A stretch of DNA of 63,800 nt, the filler included, from Collodictyon triciliatum (lineage: Eukaryota): NCBI GenBank assembly GCA_043381765.1. It is 6 parts of 6 records of this genome, joined end to end, with 100 filler letters (N's around TTAATTAATTAA, not from the genome) between each part and the next. Parts side by side here need not be neighbours in the genome. Positions count along the whole stretch, not along the records: positions 43,617 to 58,024 come from JBHJMP010001819.1; positions 58,125 to 61,167 come from JBHJMP010001998.1; 4 more parts are not named here. One strand, 5' to 3'. The position numbers and the translations under genes were made by a program. The first letter of the stretch is position 1. Each line of letters opens with the position of its first letter. Below the pieces are notes generated by a model. The model ran no database searches, was not told the DNA's origin, and saw only the letters and a list, made by a program, of their open reading frames with translations. Shown piece after piece: positions 45,026 to 61,267 of the stretch.

Positions 45026-48000
45026 CGGGGGGGGGGGGGGTGAGGGAAGTGATATTTATCTCTGTTGAAATGTATCAATAGATTGCAACCCCAGCGATGT
45101 ACACTGGGTCAAGCAAGGCAGAGCTAAAGTATGAAGATTTTCAGAATTTGAAGTCTAAAGAATTGACCAAGTTCCCTACGTCTTTGATGGTGATTACCCC
45201 TAACATCGCAGAATATGAGGGCTTGGTTGAGATGTGTGCACAAGAAAAAGAGTTAACGGAGATTCAATTCTTCCTTGTAGGGCTCCATCTTTATATATAT
45301 ATGCTCCAATATTTACCAACTTTCTTTACGTATTCATTAGAAGTTTTACACCATCGACCTTCTAAAGTCTATTCCAAAGGATTATCTTACCATTTTGAAT
45401 GTATCACCAGTAAGAGCACGTGACCAATCTTTTGTATTCGATCTCTGGTATACAAGAGACTATTATCAATCAATCGATGGAATATGGACTTTCAATCCTG
45501 CAGAGCCCTTAATCTCAGATACTGAACAGTTAGTTTATTTCTTTCGTATTCCTTTCTAAAAGTAATAATTGTGCTATATAGCATACAACTAAGCACGCCA
45601 ATATATTATTCAATTTATGAGAATTTTATCTTTTCTTTAAAATATAAAGTAGTGGTAGCACAAGTATGCTGTACAGTCAATCAAAATATGTCAAAATCAA
45701 AGTCGAAAACGTATTATAAAATTGTATGTTTTTTTTGAATTAGCAATACATTACCAACATTTTAAAACATATCAAAGGTTTAAGAAAAGCGACGCATATT
45801 CGAGAGTGAGTTCTGCTGAAGGTATTGCTAATCTATTCTGGTTTCATTACCAGACTTTTTGGGTTCCTATTCCCACAAACAAGCAATTCTTGTCCAGGCG
45901 TTACTCTGTAATAGTTTGTTTTTAATGAAAATTTTGAAAATCGTACCACATGCTTGGCTCACATTGTCTGATAAACTTTTATTTGATTCTATTCATCTCA
46001 TCAATATCACCTCAAGATACATATTGGTTAACGATGAATCAAAATTGAATCAGTTTTAATTGTATTTTTTTTTATCACAGCTTTCTGGAGCTTGGTTCCA
46101 GGAGGGAGACAAAGAATCAAAAATACATATTAAGCAATACCAATCTAGATTGTTCATAATACGATATCAAACTCATACCACAAAGATTTCATACATCGGA
46201 GAAGGATTTATCATTGGTAACACGATATCTGTCAGGAAATGGGATTTTATGAACAAAATTGAGGGATTAGAAGCATGGAAATTATCTATGCAAAATTCTG
46301 TAACTCTTGAAATTTATTTATCTATGATTGTTATCTCCTACGCAAATATAAAGGCTATATACTTTGATTGATATTGAATTGTATAATTAACTTGATTTCA
46401 TAAATCTAAACTAGACATTGTCAATTAAATGTATTTCTGTTGATGGAGAACATGTAATATTTACACAGCCCTTTCTTCGAGGGCCAAGTAAGCTTGGCTC
46501 CTAACATTCAATAATGCTTATATGATACCACTTGAATTATTACTTCATTTGATTGCAAAAGTGGGGTATAAGTGTAGAATATTTTGTGAAATAAATCAAG
46601 TGGATACCAAACAACTGTATTCTTGAATTATGGTTTTACTAAAATTATACTATCTATTTCCAGCTCCGATGTCGAATCGAGCTCATTTTGCTGGTTTATG
46701 GTCAGATGACTCCCATGAATTTTTATTTCGGGCTTGGGATTTTCATGGCCAACAGCTTCTTGTAAAAGAGAATGGACTCAACTCATCCAAAGATAATGAA
46801 ATATGGTTCGTTAAAGATGGAAGAGTCAGCATCGGCGGTTTACAATCTTACATGTTTGCTGAAATTATTGGGAAGGGTGAGTCCAATTCGGGTTGGAGCA
46901 AAAAAATATATTTGGGTAGATTATTAAAGAATGAATTCAAACCGTATAAGCAACAAACTTCTCCACAGTTTATATTGACTCTTCAACAAATTTATCGTGA
47001 AAAAGGAACACCAATAGGTATTTGTATTATATAATTGGATGGATACTCGTATTAAAAATTACGCGTTTAAATTTAGAGCCATAGCGTGTAATACATTATT
47101 TTTCATCTTTATTTTACTAAATATGTATTTAGATTAATTTGTAATCAAAATCATAGTATATACCTGTCTATGTGTTTAATTAAGTACTTTTTATGATTTT
47201 TTCTTTTATTCAATCCAAAAATTTTTTAATGATAATAAAACTTAGATTTTGTACCTATACGCAACATATTTGAGGTTGATATCAACTCAACTCACCTTGA
47301 TGAAGACAATTATTCAGGAGATTATAACGGTAATAATGGTGTGATTGACTTTTCAGGATGGTGGGAGGGGTGTATTCGTTGTTTCTCGGCGCCTAACGAA
47401 AAGGAACTTAAGTGGGATATTCAGATTGATCAAATAGATACTACAATTTACGCTCGTGGATATTTGCCAGGGACAAACTACGACATATATGGCTTCGGTT
47501 CGACAATAGTTAGTGGCATACTTGCTGGAAATGCATCACCTCAGTCGCATCCTGGTATATTCAACCTCCAAAAGCCATCGAACGTTGCAGAGAAAATTGG
47601 TACATTTTCACAGGAGTCAGTTTACTCGAAGGATGAGCCAAGTTTCGATCAAGAGAATATGCGTCAGGAATATCCAGTTTATTTGGCTTTGGAGTGGGTT
47701 ATTGTGGACCGAGATTCAACTGAAACTTCAAAATGGTGGACTCATTATACATTGGACCAAGACCTTGTCCTTTTTGAATATCGCCCTGCGAATGGGACTC
47801 ACTCATCCGAAGACTTAATATCTGTCGAACTGGGGAGAGAATCGATTCTGCATCGCAAGAAAAACACGAAAGGTAATATTTTTAGTCACTCATGACATGT
47901 ATTTAGTTCAGTAAACTACTTGTCATTTGGAATCTGATTAATCGAACCGATGAAGTAAAGGAAAATGAAGGTAAGGTTTTAAAAGATTTATTAGGAGCGT

Positions 48001-48337
48001 TTCATGTTTTTTGTTGATATTAGAACCCATGGAATCTATCCACAGAGGGGATGAACACTCATTTACTGGTACATGGGTTAATGGAGGCGTCCGATGGAGA
48101 ATGATTCATGACTCTGGCAAAATATACGGCTGCACAACAGACGGCTTAAACAAATTTATTGCTGTAGGAATTATTGTAGGTTCCAGAGTTCACTTAAGAA
48201 TGTATTCCGTCGAAACCATGGAATATGGCTGGGTAGATATGATTGTGCCATTCAGAGATCGGTTGAGAACTATAGACTCTGAGGGGGTGATGGTGGAGCG
48301 TGAATGGTATATATACCCGCGCCACACCAACACCTAA
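43804..48337 (+). CDS. Type II membrane protein with a glycosyltransferase family 8-like domain and a long C-terminal extension; multi-exon
   Basis: N-terminal TM RIFFLFLVFLVSLIVAAYFIY, GT8-like VKLYAWTLLEYRRVIILDSATLVVRNMDSLFE and TSLMVITPN..EYEGL. Downstream same-strand exons continue to TAA at 48337, but these could belong to a second gene. Confidence 0.65.
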
Positions 48338-48373
48338 AAAAATGTAAAAATAAATCAATTCTTTTTTTTCCAT

Positions 48374-49540
48374 TCAATCGAGAGAAAACAAAGCCGAGGA
48401 AACCGCCTCCGCCTCTAGGACAAAAATGAGCTGTGGACAAGACAGTGGAAACCCTGGGTTGTGTTGTTGGAGTTTTTGTGTCTTGGGTGAAAAACGAGAA
48501 AAAAGAAAAGATAGAAAGGAGAAAGGAAATGTTCTCGCACGCAGATTATTCCACCCGAAGTGAGTCAGCCCCAACGCGATTTCTGGTTGTATTCGAGACT
48601 GACAGAAGAGCCGATAAAGTTGCCAGGTCGATGAAATTACGCACATGCCTGTTACTTCTCAAATCGATTCCGACGAGTCCTTTCAACCATATATCTCAGA
48701 CAAGGTTTACATCCTATTACATTCCACAGGATGAGTCTTTTGAGGGGACAACGGGGCACCTTCCCTGCGTTTCTTGCTGGGCGACTCACAAAAAGCGATA
48801 CATAGTTGTTTGTCTGGAATTATCGGAAGTGGTGCTTGACCGTCCCCTAGTTTCGGAACCGTGCGTAGCCGGCAGTGGACTTTGCTTAACCGGAGTATGG
48901 ATTCGCGTTTGTGGTTTTAGAAACATACGCTCCTGCTTGCCCAGACTGTCTTTGGTGTGTGAAGTTCCAAGCTTGGATTCGACTTGTGCTGTTTGCTCTT
49001 GCTCCTTGGTTCTCGGCGCGACGGGCTGGAGCAGGTAGACGGACTATCTTTGGTGGGCGCTGGTTCTTGTGTTGCCTTCGCTTTGGAGTATCCTTTCGGA
49101 TAAGTAACGAAGACTGCCTTGTTGCCTTTATGTTAACCATATTCATGTCAGTCTGAATGAGTAGTTTAAGGGGGGATTTCTTTCGGGGTTTGGGGATGCG
49201 CTGCTCTTGGGTCTTGCGATGTGCGGGCGTGCCTGGTGTTGGCGATGGAGGGCTCGAGTGCGAGGATTCTGAAGAGGAACCGAGATTTCCTTCCATGTCA
49301 TCGTCGCTGTCGATGTATGTGTATATCTGCTGTAGGTCTTGCGGGCTCTGATGTTGCCTGGCTTTGGCTTCCTTGACTCCGTTGCTGCCTGTCTGATTGG
49401 GAGTTGTATTCTTTGGCGGGGTTTTGCTTTTCGTTCTTTCTTTGGAACTGGCGACACTCTTTGAGAATCTCCTTTGGAAGAGGCATAGGCAGTGTCGAGG
49501 AATTGCACAACCCCTACAAACGTTGTGCTGATGGGATGAA
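48374..49540 (-). mobile_element. Dispersed coding repeat, copy 2 (probable transposon-borne gene fragment, degraded)
   Basis: Homologous to 42659-43516. The minus-strand frame has CRGCAIPRHCLCL (PHD-like CxxC-x4-H-x2-C) followed by S/P/T/K-rich sequence with frameshifts. Confidence 0.6.
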
Positions 49541-49549
49541 GAAACTTAC

Positions 49550-50764
49550 CCTTGATTTCTCCTGATAATTCTAATCTTGTTCTTGCGGCTCCAATATGCT
49601 CGATTCAAAATTTAATTTTTATATTCAACTTCTCATGTTTCCGGAATTAATCGCCTTTCTTTTGAAGTGGTAATTGGGTTTTGATACCAATATGTAGATG
49701 AGTCTGGAATGATGACTTCGGGTGTCCAATTTATTTGTTTTTAAAAGGAAATAGCATTAACAACAATAATAGTTTTAGTAACAAGATAACTAAATTCTGC
49801 CTTTCTCAACTTAACAATTCAAGTTATACGCTAGTTTGCTTTATGAACCGCAGGCTCTTTTGATTTATAATTTGGCAGTAATTGTAATTGTGTGGAAACC
49901 TTGCAGATTAAATTAAAACTTCTGCCTTGGTTTTTAGTTGTTCAAATCGCTCCCAGCACGCCTCAGAGTAGCTTGAAGACACGACGGGCAGAATTACCAA
50001 CCAAAAAGGTTTTTTTCAAATCATTCGGTTTTCCATCTTTTTCTCATTTAACTAAACTGTTACCACATTTTTGTGCAAAATACACAACGATTATTAAATG
50101 AGACAGCTCCAATCATCTGAAAGAGATAACCAAATAATATATTGTTGCCATATCATATTGAAATATTACAGATCACATTTTTTGCAATCCATGGTTTTAG
50201 AGAAAAATCATAGAGGAGATAATCAAAGCGTTCAAATGTTTGTTTTTAAAAAAGGAAAAATAAAAAGATTCGATAGTTTAGTCTTCTCTTTTGTTGGCCT
50301 GATAGGAATAAATTGAATTTGAAAGAGTCGAATAAAAATCGATTGTGGCTCATTACCCCAGTTTTGGAGAGCAGAACTTCGCCCTCAGGGGATGTGTTTC
50401 CTATATAAACTAAGCCTAAAGTCACGTCGGGTGTCACATCGATGTAGAAGTAGTCTGTATCTGTGAATCCGAATGCACTCTTCTGAGGCCACAAGTAAAG
50501 CTAGCACATTCTGTTATTTGTAAAGTCCTTTATAGAACATCAATTCGTTTGCAAGTTCGCATGAATGCAGCTTTCTTTTTCTCTTCGTGACACTTTCAAC
50601 AAAAACGCTTCTCCAGCCATCTGGCGTATCGTGAGTGCGCAGCTGATTTGTGATGCCGTGTGCCGGCCTTTATGAGGTTTGGGCAACAACAAGAGCTCTG
50701 CACCAAAAGCGATTACCGCACAACAGAGAGCACACAACCCAAAACCAGTCTTCAGCGTAATCAT
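49550..50764 (-). CDS. Hypothetical secreted protein, spliced; 3' part not found
   Basis: Signal-like MITLKTGFGLCALCCAVIAFGA. AG/GT-bounded exons encode LYLWPQKSAFGFTDTDYFYIDV...SKTG and YWSRKNKIRIIRRNQ, the latter followed by a GTAAGT donor. Confidence 0.35.
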
Positions 50765-50872
50765 GCCTCTGTGGACATCAATATAATCGGAAATTATAGT
50801 AACAAAATAAATAAATCGCAACTTCAAGGACTAAATAAGTTTGTATACCTAAAGTGTGCTATTCTATTTTTA

Positions 50873-51989
50873 ATGCAGCAAATTTCGACTAACCGACGGA
50901 TTGATGCCTTTCATTGTTAACGTCAACGCTCACACAACAGAATCGCCTTGTCGTTGGTTTCTTTTTCGACAAAGGGCGGCTCAGCCAAGGACTCGACACA
51001 CTACAGCACTCTCAGCCGCCAAAAACCCGGCCTCGCCGCCCAAGGAAAGCCCGGACCGACGCGCCCACGATCACACCGCCGATGAAGGTACACCAAGCGT
51101 CCATGCATCAATTAAGAGCCGCCGCCTCGCACTACCAACCCCACCCCACCTTCGTCCCTAGACACCGCAGCCAGATGCCAACGGGCCTGAAAGCCAGCGC
51201 AGCGCAGGAGCCAGCGTAAAGTGCGATCTTCTCTCGCTTGTTTTCATCCCATGAGCGATGAAACAACAAAACAAACACAAAACAAAACAAACACAAAACA
51301 AACACAAAACAAAACAAACACAAAGCAAAACAAAACAAACACAAAACAAAACAAAACAAAACGAAAACAAAAACACAAAACAAAACAAACACAAAACAAA
51401 CACAAGACAAACAAACACAAGACAAACACAAACACAAAACAAACACACTCACGACACACCGGGCAAACGCAGACTGCAGCCGCTGGGCTTCCAGCCGGTC
51501 ATCCGGGAGGCAAAGCCGCCGTCCCCAGGCAGCAGCGGCAGCCCGCACCCCGGCCGACACCGGGCCCTGACGCCGCTGGCCGAGCCGCCCGTGTGCAATG
51601 CGCCTGCGCCTGCGCAGACACCGGAGCCGTGGGCGGCGCTCGACCTGGAAACAGCGCGCAAGCCGCGGTCGTTGGAGCCGCTGCGCAGCACCGCCAAAGC
51701 GCGCACGCAGACCCGCTCGCACTCGCCGACGCGCTCGCCCTCGCCTCGGCCGCCCGCCGCATTCCACGCGTCCCACGCGTCGCTCCTGCCCGGCCCGCCG
51801 CCAACACACGCGCCCCGCCCCCCGCACATCCCCCCGCTGCTCCACACCGTCCCGGCCGCCCCCCACAGACACGCGCTCGGCCCCATCGAGCACGCCCCGC
51901 CCGAGACCGACACCCTCGCAGATGCAGACCCAGATGCAGATGCAGATGGAGACCCAGATGGAGACCCAGACGCAGCTCCTACCCTCTGA
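50873..51989 (+). CDS. Hypothetical Pro/Ala/Arg-rich disordered protein, three exons
   Basis: Approximate exons 50873-50915, 50974-51215 and 51473-51989 join in frame through GT-AG introns. The last exon is very GC-rich and ends in DADPDADADGDPDGDP. Confidence 0.5.
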
Positions 51990-52522
51990 TGCCTACGCCC
52001 TCTCTCTCTCCCTTTTATCCATGTGTATACTTTCCAATATGGTATCTCTGCTTGGTCTCCTCTGTGCTTCTGCGTGGCCGGAGTGTGGGACCGCAGCTAT
52101 CGGAATGCGCCTGACAGGCTGGTTTTCCATTTTTTCCTTCTCCTTCTCCTTCTCCTTCTCCTTCTCCTTCTCCTTCTCCTTCTCCTTCTCCTTTGATTCT
52201 ATCGTGCCAGGGGCACATGTGCTTGCATTAGAAAATCCCTCGGGGTGATAAGGTGCCGCATATAAACAGGCATAGTTTATTGTGAAAGAACCGAGCAGGC
52301 CCGGACTCGCTGTGAACTCTAATGCGCGGATTCGATTCCTCTGTTCTATGCTAACGCTAACATGTAGGTTATCTCAACTGGTGTTTACGGAGATGCGTGT
52401 TTGTAATAAAAAGAAAAGAAAAAGAAAAAGAGCAATAAATGCTATGAAATCCAACCTGACGCTAAACATGAAGAAATAGTGAGAAACGCTCATCATCTTT
52501 GATTCGGGCGAGAGGTGCGTGT

Positions 52523-57878
<5,356 letters not shown>

Positions 57879-58024
57879 CTTAAGTTAGTGAAGAGGACAG
57901 AACCTAATGTGTTTAAATAAAGAGAAAGAGAAAGAGAAAGAGAAAGAGAAAGAGAAAGAGAAAGAGAAAGAGAAAGAGAAAGAGAAAGAGAAAGAGAAAG
58001 AGAAAGAGAAAGAGAAAGAGAAAG

Positions 58025-58124
58025 NNNNNNNNNNNNNNNNNNNNNNNNNNNNNNNNNNNNNNNNNNNNTTAATTAATTAANNNNNNNNNNNNNNNNNNNN
58101 NNNNNNNNNNNNNNNNNNNNNNNN
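58025..58124. other. Artificial contig-joining spacer
   Basis: N44-TTAATTAATTAA-N44. Confidence 0.98.
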
Positions 58125-58125
58125 C

Positions 58126-58338
58126 GACGGAGTCCAGCATACAATGACGCCCCTGGTTGATTACCCTGTGACCCCCGTTGTCGATTACTCAAGCGCCTCT
58201 GCATCGTCAATCAAAACTAGTTCATCCGACACTTCCCCCCGTGAAGCCGCTGAACGTGTCCGCAAATACATGGTTACACCTAACCCCACACCTTACTATC
58301 CACCTTCCCCTCCCCATTTCTGCCCCACAGACGAATAA
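58126..58338 (+). CDS. 3' end of an S/T/P-rich ORF convergent with the primase-helicase
   Basis: The frame is open from the contig edge to TAA at 58338 and ends 16 bp from the helicase stop. Confidence 0.4.
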   Translation, partial: DGVQHTMTPLVDYPVTPVVDYSSASASSIKTSSSDTSPREAAERVRKYMVTPNPTPYYPPSPPHFCPTDE

Positions 58339-58354
58339 ATTCTGTTCTCTCATT

Positions 58355-60661
58355 TTATTCTGTCAACAGTTGTTGTCTGACCAAGTATTCCTTGATCGCC
58401 TTGTCGTCGAAAAAGTATTGGCGGTAGGTTCCTTGTTTGATACCTATTTTATGCAGCTCGCGTCCAAATCTTGTGAGGGTCAAGATACCTTCGACGTTAC
58501 GTCCAGCGTTTTCCATGACTCTGCGAAACAAAGCATAAAGCCGCATTGAAGTCATATGATTTTTGTATGGCTCCTCATACACATCGTCGCTGGTACCTAT
58601 AGCTTGATATGTTAGTAGCAAAAACTGAGGCACTTGCCCAATCTGTAACTCTAACTGGGCTTTCCACAATTCTGTGTTGGGTTGCTCAGTCCGAATGTAA
58701 TCTTCACTATTCCATTGTGGATCAAACAACGTGTAAAGGTATCTGCAAAATTGCACTACTGTTGGGATATGTTTTATAGCAACTGTTAGTTGTCCTATAT
58801 CATCTTGTGTCATTTTATCTTCACGGCACTGGATAACAACAATTCGTCTGTTGCTTTGGCCAACCGTAAAGACAGTGTCATTGTTTGTTGCACAGACCAT
58901 GTGTAGATTATTTGTTGTCGTGTATTTGTTTTGGCCCTTTTTATGAATCACTATTTCGTCCGAAACAATAGCATCTTTTATGACGTCTGTAAACTGAGCG
59001 GCGTCTTTGCGCTGTCCTTCTTCAATTAACACATATACTTTATTCTCAATCAAATCGTTGAATGTACCAAAGAGCTCAGCCATCTTGCTGGTTTTCACTC
59101 CATACTGAACTCCGATTATAGCCTTGAGTATTAGCTGCTGAAGAATAAACGACTTGCCTACTCCCTCTGTATTTGAGTAGAAGACCAAGAACGTGTGGAA
59201 TGTACCGATTTTGTGTGGAGCATACAACAACCAACTAAACCACTGCAAAACATAATTGCAAGCGTGTTGATCACCGTCACACAATTGTTTGAAGATTACA
59301 TTTGAAATGATACTACGTCCAACATTAGCCATTTCATCGTCATTCAGTGACACTCGTATGTCCCCATGCTTTTGTATTTCGTAGCCAGTAAACGTGTTAT
59401 AAGTTTTCGGGTACAAAATTGGATCAAGATCCCTCGGTAAGTCAGTGCGCATTATAACATTATCAATTGAGCGCCTAGCTGGGTCAACTCGGTAACTAGT
59501 AAGGAATTCATGTCTATTGCCACCGATTTTCCAATTCAGAGGGCCGTACTGTACAGCTGCATCAGCGTGGGAATATGTATAGAGTGAACCATTAGACTCG
59601 ACTTTGACGTACTTCCCGCGATATACAAAATGATTCTTTTCGAATTCCTCTTTGATATATGGGTATGTACATCTACCTCCTACTTCCTCAACCTGTTTCA
59701 AGAAGTCATCAAACTTTTCCGGCGGCGCATTACGAGACAAAAGCTCTACAAGAGTTCCTGTGCGGCAAGGTAACGTAGGATGTCCTTGCTTTACGTTTTC
59801 GATGATACGCCTCAACTGGGCCATTCGTTCGTCAATTGAGCTCTTACCAGGATCCGGCATCTGGTCACAGATTTGTAACCAGTACTTTGACAAATTATGT
59901 ATTCCCATGTTTACAATGCTGTAACATACCCTAATCCACAGGTCGTATCCATGATCTATCATTGAGAAAAGGTCATTTTCTAAACCGTACTTGACTACCG
60001 CCTCACAATGAGCTCGCTCAGTAAATGATTCCCGGCAATCAGGTACACAAAATATGTGTTCACATTCAGAAACCTTTTTTGCCAAGGTGTCGGAAGGAGG
60101 GGCCAATTCACTGAGTTTACGTTTCTTCTGCTTGTACTTTGCTAACAATGGAGCAAAGTCAAATTCTAGAGCGCTTTGAGATGCATTGTGTATAACCTTG
60201 TGTAAAGATTCCCACACATTCTTACTCTTGTAAATGACATCTACGTCCACGTTCCCTTCTACAACTTTTGTTCCCTCCCATGTATCTTGCCAGTTATCTG
60301 GCTTTTTGACATAGATGTGTATCCCTTTTGTATTCCCGCGTGTCCAGCACATATCGTTCGTAAATTCTGGTATACCCAGACGTTCCCCCAATTGACTTGG
60401 TGTGTGAATATTAACGTCATCACAATCAATGACAACTCGGTCCCAATATTTCAAAAAGACTGAGTAACTTTTGTTAAGTAAACTTCGTTCCTCCGTAGTC
60501 ACACGCGCAGGAATCTTACTGCTTTTCTCTCGCCATTCAGCCAACTCATCTAAAGGCACGTTGTTTTTTTCTAACACAACTACCTTTTTTCCTTCGACAT
60601 ACTTATACCACGCATATGCATACGGGGCACCGTTGCTGATCAAGAACTCTCTAATGTCCAT
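58355..60661 (-). CDS. Intronless primase-helicase: AEP/Prim-Pol, PriCT-2-like, SF3 (D5/DUF5906-like) helicase and winged-helix tail
   Basis: 768 aa. AEP motifs VVIDCD, TKGIHIYV and VDVI. PriCT-2-like YDLWIRVCYSI. YVLQWFSWLLYAP, Walker A SNTEGVGKS, Walker B VLIEE, motif C CATNN and Arg finger SNRRIVV. C-terminal LYALF...TRFGREL. Confidence 0.9.
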   Translation of the reverse strand: MDIREFLISNGAPYAYAWYKYVEGKKVVVLEKNNVPLDELAEWREKSSKIPARVTTEERSLLNKSYSVFLKYWDRVVIDCDDVNIHTPSQLGERLGIPEFTNDMCWTRGNTKGIHIYVKKPDNWQDTWEGTKVVEGNVDVDVIYKSKNVWESLHKVIHNASQSALEFDFAPLLAKYKQKKRKLSELAPPSDTLAKKVSECEHIFCVPDCRESFTERAHCEAVVKYGLENDLFSMIDHGYDLWIRVCYSIVNMGIHNLSKYWLQICDQMPDPGKSSIDERMAQLRRIIENVKQGHPTLPCRTGTLVELLSRNAPPEKFDDFLKQVEEVGGRCTYPYIKEEFEKNHFVYRGKYVKVESNGSLYTYSHADAAVQYGPLNWKIGGNRHEFLTSYRVDPARRSIDNVIMRTDLPRDLDPILYPKTYNTFTGYEIQKHGDIRVSLNDDEMANVGRSIISNVIFKQLCDGDQHACNYVLQWFSWLLYAPHKIGTFHTFLVFYSNTEGVGKSFILQQLILKAIIGVQYGVKTSKMAELFGTFNDLIENKVYVLIEEGQRKDAAQFTDVIKDAIVSDEIVIHKKGQNKYTTTNNLHMVCATNNDTVFTVGQSNRRIVVIQCREDKMTQDDIGQLTVAIKHIPTVVQFCRYLYTLFDPQWNSEDYIRTEQPNTELWKAQLELQIGQVPQFLLLTYQAIGTSDDVYEEPYKNHMTSMRLYALFRRVMENAGRNVEGILTLTRFGRELHKIGIKQGTYRQYFFDDKAIKEYLVRQQLLTE

Positions 60662-60762
60662 ACTAACGTATTTAGATTGTTATCTGTTAATTACCTGTTG
60701 TCTTTAAGCCACAATTTGCCGCCTTCGTTAAATAACTTTTTGCCTCCTTTTGCCCTCTACCG

Positions 60763-61090
60763 CATTTACATAGTTGCAGGGTTTTCACCCCAAAAACTCA
60801 AGTTCCTTTAGAGTTATAGCCAACTTCTATAATCTGAAATCTTAGCTTGCCTTTTTGTATATTTATTTTAAACTATGTAAACTATGTAAACTATGTAAAC
60901 TATGTAAACTATGTAAACTATGTAAATGAAAGGGAAAGAAAAGCGGAAGAAGAATTTTACAGACTGGGCTCAATGTGAAATCTTAGCCTTTGCCTTTTGT
61001 ATATTTATTCTAAACTATTTAAACTATGTAAACTATGTAAATGAAAGGGAAAGGGAAGCGGAAAATAATTTTACAAAGGGGGCGCTCAAT
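60763..61090. repeat. Iteron-like array upstream of the primase-helicase (candidate replication origin)
   Basis: Two direct units, 60835-60974 and 60976-61090, contain AAACTATGT x6 (60870-60923) and x3 (61012-61038, one variant). An inverted CATTTACATAGTT lies at 60763-60775. Confidence 0.8.
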
Positions 61091-61167
61091 CAAAGATGAC
61101 CTTGACCGGCCCTTCTATGATACCGTACATATGGGGACCCTTTTTCTTCCTGCCCTTCTTCCTCAAT

Positions 61168-61267
61168 NNNNNNNNNNNNNNNNNNNNNNNNNNNNNNNNN
61201 NNNNNNNNNNNTTAATTAATTAANNNNNNNNNNNNNNNNNNNNNNNNNNNNNNNNNNNNNNNNNNNN
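61168..61267. other. Artificial contig-joining spacer
   Basis: N44-TTAATTAATTAA-N44. Confidence 0.98.

Noticed and set aside
48433-49038. 201-aa Cys/Val-rich plus-strand ORF
   Set aside because: Most of it is the antisense of the K/Q/T-rich minus frame. It is not conserved as one ORF in copy 1, and the substitution pattern fits the minus strand better.
60835-61090. Possible CRISPR-like array
   Set aside because: The repeats are contiguous 9-mers with no unique spacers, and no cas genes are present.
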